The notes under the pieces are model-generated. The model was given only the letters and a program-made list of their open reading frames with translations, was not told where the DNA came from and made no database searches. Positions 56,889 to 62,213 of a stretch of 62,213 nt of DNA are shown one piece after another. Location of the stretch: sequence record DRR723986_5272; one strand, 5' to 3'. Position 1 is the stretch's first letter, and every line of letters starts with the position of its first letter. The position numbers and the translations under genes were made by a program.

Positions 56889-58189
56889 CAGCGTTCCCCG
56901 TCCCTGTCGTACGCTTCATCATCGAGCAGCGAGGGCAACTCCTCGCTTGGCTCGAGGTCGGCGGTGGAATGTTCCGGGCTGCGCGGATCGAGATCGAAGC
57001 TGGCCGGCGCCATATCCGGGGCCGCCGCACTGAACGGCACCTGGTCCTGCTGCGGCGAGATCGCATCGCCGCGCCGTTGCAGCAGAATATACAGGGCGCC
57101 CAGCACTAGCATGACAGCAAAGGACCAGAACAGGGCGGGTGCACCGTACATATCCATCAGCTGGCCCAGCGCCAGAGGCGCCACTGCCGCGGCCAGCGCG
57201 TTCAGCAGCAAGACCGAGGTACCGATGAGCACGAACTCGTGGCTTTCCGAGTTATCCGCGCCAATCGCCAAAGCGATCGCGTATAGCGGCATGGTCATCG
57301 CGCCGTAGAAGAACACCGTGAAAATATGCCAGGGCAGGCCGACACTGACCGCCACCGCGACACTGCCGGCGGCGCCGAGCAGGCACAACACGGCGAGAAT
57401 CATGCGCCGATCAAAGCGATCGGAAATCCAGCCGATCGGATACTGCAGCAGTGCACCGCCGACAATCGCCGCGGTAACGAAGAGGGTTACCTCGCTTATC
57501 GAACCGGCGGTGCGATTGGCGAAGACCGCGCCGAGCGACCAGAAACTGCCCACCACCAGGCCCGACAACACGGCACCGGCAAAGGCCACCCTGGAGCGCC
57601 GGTAGAGCAGGCTGAAACGGGTCCGCGTGGACTGGATCGGTGCCGGGGCGAGTCGCCGGGTCAGCCCAACCGGCACGATGGCAAGCGCCATAAACACCGC
57701 GGCGAGGATGAAAGGCGTCGCCGATTCGATCGGCGCTGCATTGATCAGCAACTGGCCAAGAGCCATCGAAATCAGTACCACGAAGGTATAGACCGCCAGC
57801 ACCTGGCCCCGGTTTTCGCTGCTGGACTGGTCGTTCAGCCAGCTCTCGATCACGGTGTACAGGCCACAAATCATGATCCCGATGATGAAGCGCATAAGGA
57901 TCCAGGCCAGCCAGTGGTCGCTGATCGCCAGCAGCAGCAGGGCGCTCAACAGCACTGCCGCCAGCACCGCGAAGCTGCGGATATGGCCTACCCGCGCGAT
58001 GATTCGCGCATTGAACAGGCAGCCCACCACAAAGCCGCTGAAGTAGGCAGAGGCTCCGAGGCCGATCAGGAAGTCGGAATAGCCCAGCCCGGTTGCCCGC
58101 AGCGGCAGCAAGGTGAGCTGCATACCGTGCCCAACCAGCAGCAGGGCCGTGGACAGCAGGAGCGAGGTGAGCGTGAATACGGTGCGCAT
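56888..58189 (-). CDS. MFS transporter (YcaD-like)
   Basis: RVGHIRSFA, IESWLN, NRGQVLA.Y, QYPIGWISDRFDRR. Confidence 0.88.
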   Translation of the reverse strand: MRTVFTLTSLLLSTALLLVGHGMQLTLLPLRATGLGYSDFLIGLGASAYFSGFVVGCLFNARIIARVGHIRSFAVLAAVLLSALLLLAISDHWLAWILMRFIIGIMICGLYTVIESWLNDQSSSENRGQVLAVYTFVVLISMALGQLLINAAPIESATPFILAAVFMALAIVPVGLTRRLAPAPIQSTRTRFSLLYRRSRVAFAGAVLSGLVVGSFWSLGAVFANRTAGSISEVTLFVTAAIVGGALLQYPIGWISDRFDRRMILAVLCLLGAAGSVAVAVSVGLPWHIFTVFFYGAMTMPLYAIALAIGADNSESHEFVLIGTSVLLLNALAAAVAPLALGQLMDMYGAPALFWSFAVMLVLGALYILLQRRGDAISPQQDQVPFSAAAPDMAPASFDLDPRSPEHSTADLEPSEELPSLLDDEAYDRDGER

Positions 58190-58204
58190 ATCAGCAGGTG
58201 TCCG

Positions 58205-59608
58205 CTAGAATTCTGCGGTATCGCCCTTGGCGGGGATTTCCACTGCCAGGCCCAGTTCATCGAACAGCCGTTCAGCCAGCACGCCCTGGGCGCGCGGTTC
58301 CCCGTGAACCAGCAAGGTACGAGGGCGCGGCGTAAAACCCTCGACCCATGCCATCAGCTCGCCCTGGCCGGCGTGCGCGGATAAACCCCCGAGCGTTTCG
58401 ATGCGCGCTCGCACCACGTAATCGTCACCGAACATCCTGATACGCGGTGCACCGTCTACGATGATCCGCCCCAGCGTTCCCCAGGCCTGGAAGCCGACAA
58501 ATATCACGGTGTTGCGGTCATCCCAGATCCGTTGCTTGAGGTGATGCCGGATACGCCCACCGGTACACATACCACTGCCGGCAATGATAATCGCCCCGCC
58601 CTTGATCCGGTTTATCGCCATTGACTCCTCTGTGTCCATGGCCAGCTTCAGGGTCGGCAGGAACTCCACCAGGGAATCCTTGTGCACCTTGTCGAGCTGG
58701 CGCACGTCATCGGAGTCCATCAGCTGCAGCCAGCGGTCGTAGATGCGGGTGACGGCGATCGCCATGGGGCTGTCGAGAAATACCTGCCAGTTATCCAGCT
58801 CACCGGCGTGGTGCAGGCAGCCGAGATGGAACAGGATCTCCTGGGTTCGACCGACGGCAAAGGACGGAATCATCACGCTGCCGCCGCGCTGCCAGGTCTC
58901 GGCAAGAATCTCCCGCAGCTCGGACACGGTGTCCTCCTCACTGCGATGCTCGCGATCACCGTAGGTGCTTTCCATGAGCAAGACGTCGGCGTGAGTCAGC
59001 TGGGCCGGGGGATTCATCAGGACCGAATCGGCCTTGCCGAGGTCACCGGAAAACACCAGGATCTTCTCCTCTTCCCCTTCGTTGAGGCGCAGCTCGATGA
59101 TTGCCGAACCGAGTATGTGACCAGCATCGTGAAAGCACAGCAGCGCGGCCTCACCCAGCTCAACCAGTTCACCGTAGCGATGGCCCTGGCAGCGGGACAG
59201 AACCGTGTCGACATCCTCCTGGTTGTATACCGGTTCCAGTTCCTTGCGCCCGCGACGGGCGTTGCGCTGGTTTTCCCGCTCCAGGTCGCGCAGGTACAGG
59301 CCCACGGCATCATTGAGCATGACCTCCAGCAGTTCTGCGGTTGCGGTCGTGCAGATAATCGGGCCATCGAAGCCTTCATGCACCAGCCGCGGCAGCAGGC
59401 CGGAATGGTCGAGGTGGGCATGGGAGAGGATTACCGCATCGATACTGCCCGGATCAAAGGCAAAATGCTCATCCCGCAGCCGCTCTACCGCATCGCCACC
59501 CTGGTGTAATCCACAGTCCAGCAGGACCCGGCCGAGGGCCGGGCAGTCCAGCATGTGACAGGAGCCGGTTACCTCTTCGGCGGCACCGAAGAAAGTCAGT
59601 GTTGCCAT
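58205..59608 (-). CDS. beta-CASP metallo-beta-lactamase family ribonuclease
   Basis: GAAEEVTGSC, SHAHLDHSG, AGHILGS, SGDLG, ESTYG, SFAVGR, SGMCTGGRI.HH, SAHAG, VHGE. Confidence 0.92.
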   Translation of the reverse strand: MATLTFFGAAEEVTGSCHMLDCPALGRVLLDCGLHQGGDAVERLRDEHFAFDPGSIDAVILSHAHLDHSGLLPRLVHEGFDGPIICTTATAELLEVMLNDAVGLYLRDLERENQRNARRGRKELEPVYNQEDVDTVLSRCQGHRYGELVELGEAALLCFHDAGHILGSAIIELRLNEGEEEKILVFSGDLGKADSVLMNPPAQLTHADVLLMESTYGDREHRSEEDTVSELREILAETWQRGGSVMIPSFAVGRTQEILFHLGCLHHAGELDNWQVFLDSPMAIAVTRIYDRWLQLMDSDDVRQLDKVHKDSLVEFLPTLKLAMDTEESMAINRIKGGAIIIAGSGMCTGGRIRHHLKQRIWDDRNTVIFVGFQAWGTLGRIIVDGAPRIRMFGDDYVVRARIETLGGLSAHAGQGELMAWVEGFTPRPRTLLVHGEPRAQGVLAERLFDELGLAVEIPAKGDTAEF

Positions 59609-59635
59609 TGATCGATTCCACAAACGTAAGCTGAA

Positions 59636-59675
59636 AGTCTAGCACCTAAAGCGGCTGGCTTTTGACGATTATCAT
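59636..59675 (-). promoter_or_regulatory. Promoter with FNR/ANR-like site for the beta-CASP operon
   Basis: Minus strand extended -10 TGC-TAGACT (59644-59636); TTGAC-GATT-ATCAT at 59662-59675. Confidence 0.45.
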
Positions 59676-60976
59676 TGATCCTGCGCAGAGAAATAGCGGG
59701 TCAACAACAGCACCGGCGCACCCAGGGCCAGCAGTACGAGACCGTAGATGGCAACCTCCAGGCCACTGCCGGCGATGGCAAACAGGGAGAACAGCAAAGC
59801 GCCCAGGGCAAGCAGCAGGCCGCGATACGCACCCCTACCGGCCGGCATTGCCCGCTTACGCTGCAGGACGATGGCAGCAAGAGCCGAACAGGCATAGGGC
59901 AGCAGGGTGGCAAGCGTGGAAACCAGGATAAGCAGTTCGAAGGCGGCGACCAGGCCCCGCGTGTAATTCATCCCGATCAGCACCGTTGCCAGCAACCCGG
60001 CGATTACCAGGCCGGTGCCCGGGGCACCACGCGCATTCAGGCCGGCAAACACCGGTGGGAACAGGCGGTCCTGGGCGATGGCGCGTGACAACTGGCCAGT
60101 GGCCAGGATATTCCCGTTAAGCGCGCCGACGATGGAGACGATAGCCCCGGCTGCCACCAGCCCGGCGCCCCAGTCTCCCAGGATACGCACCGCCGCATCG
60201 GCAAAGGGAAAAGTCGACACCGCCAACTCGTCTCCCGGCACCAGCGCCATGACCCCTATGGTCGCCACGATATAGACGACGGTCGCAGTCAGCGCTCCGG
60301 CCACCAGGGCGCGCGCAATGGTCGACTCCGGGTTGACCACATCTTCCGCCGGTATGGTGACGTTCTCGATACCCACGTAGGCCCACATGGTAATCATCAC
60401 CAGGGTGGCGATCATCAGCGGTAGAGGCTGGTCCTCCGGGTTGCGCGCCGGTACCGAACTCACATCGCCAAGCACAAAGCCCCCTCCGGCAACCAGAAAC
60501 AGGGGCAACAGTTTGAGCAGGGTTGTGACCAGCTGAAACACCCCGGCGGACTGCACGCCAGCCAGGTTAATACCTGTCATCAGCCAGATCAGGGTAACGG
60601 CCAGCACCCCTGACAGCAGCACATGGTCCCCCACCTGCGGCAGAAAGAACGCCAGATAGCCGGTAAACGCCACTGCACCGGCGGCGGTCGCAGTGACATA
60701 GGAAATCCAGTGACCCCAGCCGATAAAGAAACCGGCGCTGTCACCAAAAGCTTCCCGGGTATAGGCATAGGGCCCTCCCAGGCGGGGCAACACCCTGGCC
60801 AGACCGCCCAGGGTAAAGGCTATGAACAAGGTGCCAACGCCAGCGAAAAGCCACCCCAGCAGGCTGTAGCTGCCGTAGGGCGCCAGCACCGCCGGCAGCA
60901 TGAACACCCCATTGCCGATCATACTACCGACAGCGAGCGCCCAGCAGCGCCAGAAACCCAGGCTACGCTTTGTCAT
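59672..60976 (-). CDS. APC-family amino acid permease
   Basis: GSMIGNGVFMLP, GGPYAY, WAYVGIE; ATG at 60976. Confidence 0.9.
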   Translation of the reverse strand: MTKRSLGFWRCWALAVGSMIGNGVFMLPAVLAPYGSYSLLGWLFAGVGTLFIAFTLGGLARVLPRLGGPYAYTREAFGDSAGFFIGWGHWISYVTATAAGAVAFTGYLAFFLPQVGDHVLLSGVLAVTLIWLMTGINLAGVQSAGVFQLVTTLLKLLPLFLVAGGGFVLGDVSSVPARNPEDQPLPLMIATLVMITMWAYVGIENVTIPAEDVVNPESTIARALVAGALTATVVYIVATIGVMALVPGDELAVSTFPFADAAVRILGDWGAGLVAAGAIVSIVGALNGNILATGQLSRAIAQDRLFPPVFAGLNARGAPGTGLVIAGLLATVLIGMNYTRGLVAAFELLILVSTLATLLPYACSALAAIVLQRKRAMPAGRGAYRGLLLALGALLFSLFAIAGSGLEVAIYGLVLLALGAPVLLLTRYFSAQDQ

Positions 60977-61136
60977 CGCACCGTTCTCATCAGACCGAAG
61001 ATACCACGCGTGACCCGCGGGTGCTCCCCAGGCTTGAAGAAGAAACCGAACAAGGTACAACTGCTGCGCCGGCACGGGTCACTGAAGCGCCATCCAGACA
61101 GCGCAATCACCAGGCCCGGGTAACCCCGGGAGACGT

Positions 61137-61595
61137 TCAGCGAAACAGGTGGTCGAAGTGCTCCTGGGCAAAGCCCCGGTAGCCCATAAAGCGCGCGCGG
61201 CGCGACTTTTCCTTGAGGTCAGCCGGCGCTGTCGCACCAAATTTTTTCCGATAGACCGTTGCCGCAAGGTCGGTCCAGTCGACAGCCAGCGCGTGAATGG
61301 CATCCGCCACTTCGCTGTCGGACAGGCCTTTCTGCGCCATCTCCTGCTTCAATCGCAAGGGGCCATAGCCCCGCTCCACACGCTGGCGGGCAAAGCTCTC
61401 GGCATAGCGCGTATCGCTCTGCAGGTTTTCCTCGGCCAGGCGCTCGAGTTCACCGTCGACCAGTTGGCCGTCGGGAAACCGGGCAAGAAGTTTGGTTTGC
61501 AACTCACGGCGCGAGTGCTCGCGGCGAGCAAGGAGATTCATCGTCGAGCGGCGAATGTCCGCCGGGTTTATATCCTGCTCGGGATCGTTCGACAT
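61137..61595 (-). CDS. recX: Regulatory protein RecX
   Basis: LLARREHS..EL..KL, QSD.RYAE, GYGP, RFMGYRGF; located downstream of recA. Confidence 0.93.
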   Translation of the reverse strand: MSNDPEQDINPADIRRSTMNLLARREHSRRELQTKLLARFPDGQLVDGELERLAEENLQSDTRYAESFARQRVERGYGPLRLKQEMAQKGLSDSEVADAIHALAVDWTDLAATVYRKKFGATAPADLKEKSRRARFMGYRGFAQEHFDHLFR

Positions 61596-61627
61596 GAAGG
61601 CGTCAATGCATGATTCACGGAAGGGTT

Positions 61628-61676
61628 AAAAACGGCGCCGGGAGCGAGAGTGGGATAAGTGGATTCCCGACGCCGT
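61628..61676 (-). terminator. Intrinsic terminator/attenuator between recA and recX
   Basis: Minus strand ACGGCGTCGGGA...TCCCGGCGCCGT followed by TTTT. Confidence 0.6.
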
Positions 61677-61729
61677 GGAGAAAGGCTTGCGCAAGCATCA
61701 GCAAGGCAGGCTGCCGTGAGCAGGCGAAC

Positions 61730-62213
61730 TTACTCCTGCTCAGCAGTGACCTCAGCTGTCTCCGCGTCCTCTGCGGATGCTGCCGGCTTGGCCGTGCCGA
61801 GCAGTTGCTCCCGGATCTGGCCCTCGATCTCACTGGCGACGGCCGGGTTGTCTTCCAGGAACTTGGCGGCGTTCGCCTTGCCCTGGCCGATCTTGTCGCC
61901 CTTGTAGGCATACCAGGCACCTGACTTGTCGACCAGGTTGAGCTTCACACCCCAATCGATCACCTCGCCCATGTGGTAAATGCCCTTGCCATACATGATC
62001 TGGAACTCAGCCTGCCGGAAGGGCGGCGAGACCTTGTTCTTGACCACTTTCACCCGGGTCTCATTACCCACCACCTCATCACCATCTTTCACCGCACCGA
62101 TGCGACGAATATCGAGACGCACCGAGGAGTAGAACTTGAGCGCATTACCGCCGGTGGTGGTTTCAGGGGAGCCGAACATCACCCCGATCTTCATCCGGAT
62201 CTGGTTGATGAAG
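61730..62213 (-). CDS. recA: Recombinase RecA (3' part; 5' end outside window)
   Basis: [46 protein letters not shown]. Confidence 0.98.
   Translation of the reverse strand, partial: FINQIRMKIGVMFGSPETTTGGNALKFYSSVRLDIRRIGAVKDGDEVVGNETRVKVVKNKVSPPFRQAEFQIMYGKGIYHMGEVIDWGVKLNLVDKSGAWYAYKGDKIGQGKANAAKFLEDNPAVASEIEGQIREQLLGTAKPAASAEDAETAEVTAEQE

Noticed and set aside
60977-61136. Possible riboswitch upstream of the amino acid permease (GTGACCCG/CGGGTCAC inverted repeat at 61010-61017 and 61075-61082)
   Set aside because: No recognisable aptamer motifs, and a TGGTATCTT extended -10 lies downstream of the stem; an Rfam/Infernal scan would be decisive
1-62213. CRISPR arrays, IS elements, integrases, prophage or defence genes
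   Set aside because: No regularly spaced repeats or transposase/integrase/phage motifs seen; the coding space is accounted for by ordinary genes

Overview
GC-rich bacterial chromosomal segment, most likely a marine gammaproteobacterium of the Halieaceae/OM60-NOR5 type (inferred from the Pseudomonas-like gltX and recA/recX and the lipid/steroid catabolic gene content). It runs from a partial tRNA-Ala(GGC) and gltX to recX and a partial recA, with about 55 densely packed CDSs; I saw no mobile elements or CRISPR arrays. Highlights: (1) a divergent cluster (2993-9160) whose ALDH, two SDRs, HIBADH-like enzyme and CMD-family protein resemble the Mycobacterium Rv0765c/Rv0768-Rv0771 genes of the cyp51 locus, but here accompanied by a sterol-desaturase-family diiron enzyme and a single-chain tandem MarR regulator with a visible double operator; (2) a putative low-oxygen module (22173-25797) of 2-oxoacid:ferredoxin oxidoreductase alpha/beta, a rubrerythrin-like protein and an orphan encapsulin-type ferritin with no shell gene, both transcription units having identically spaced FNR/ANR-like boxes; (3) a cNMP-domain Na+/H+ antiporter; (4) a lone membrane Ser/Thr kinase with six TPR-pair modules; (5) a DUF2892-DUF393-flavin reductase operon behind an RpoE/ChrR-like promoter; (6) an EpoK-like P450 with a perfect palindromic operator. 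Homology statements come from motif recognition and recall, not from database searches.
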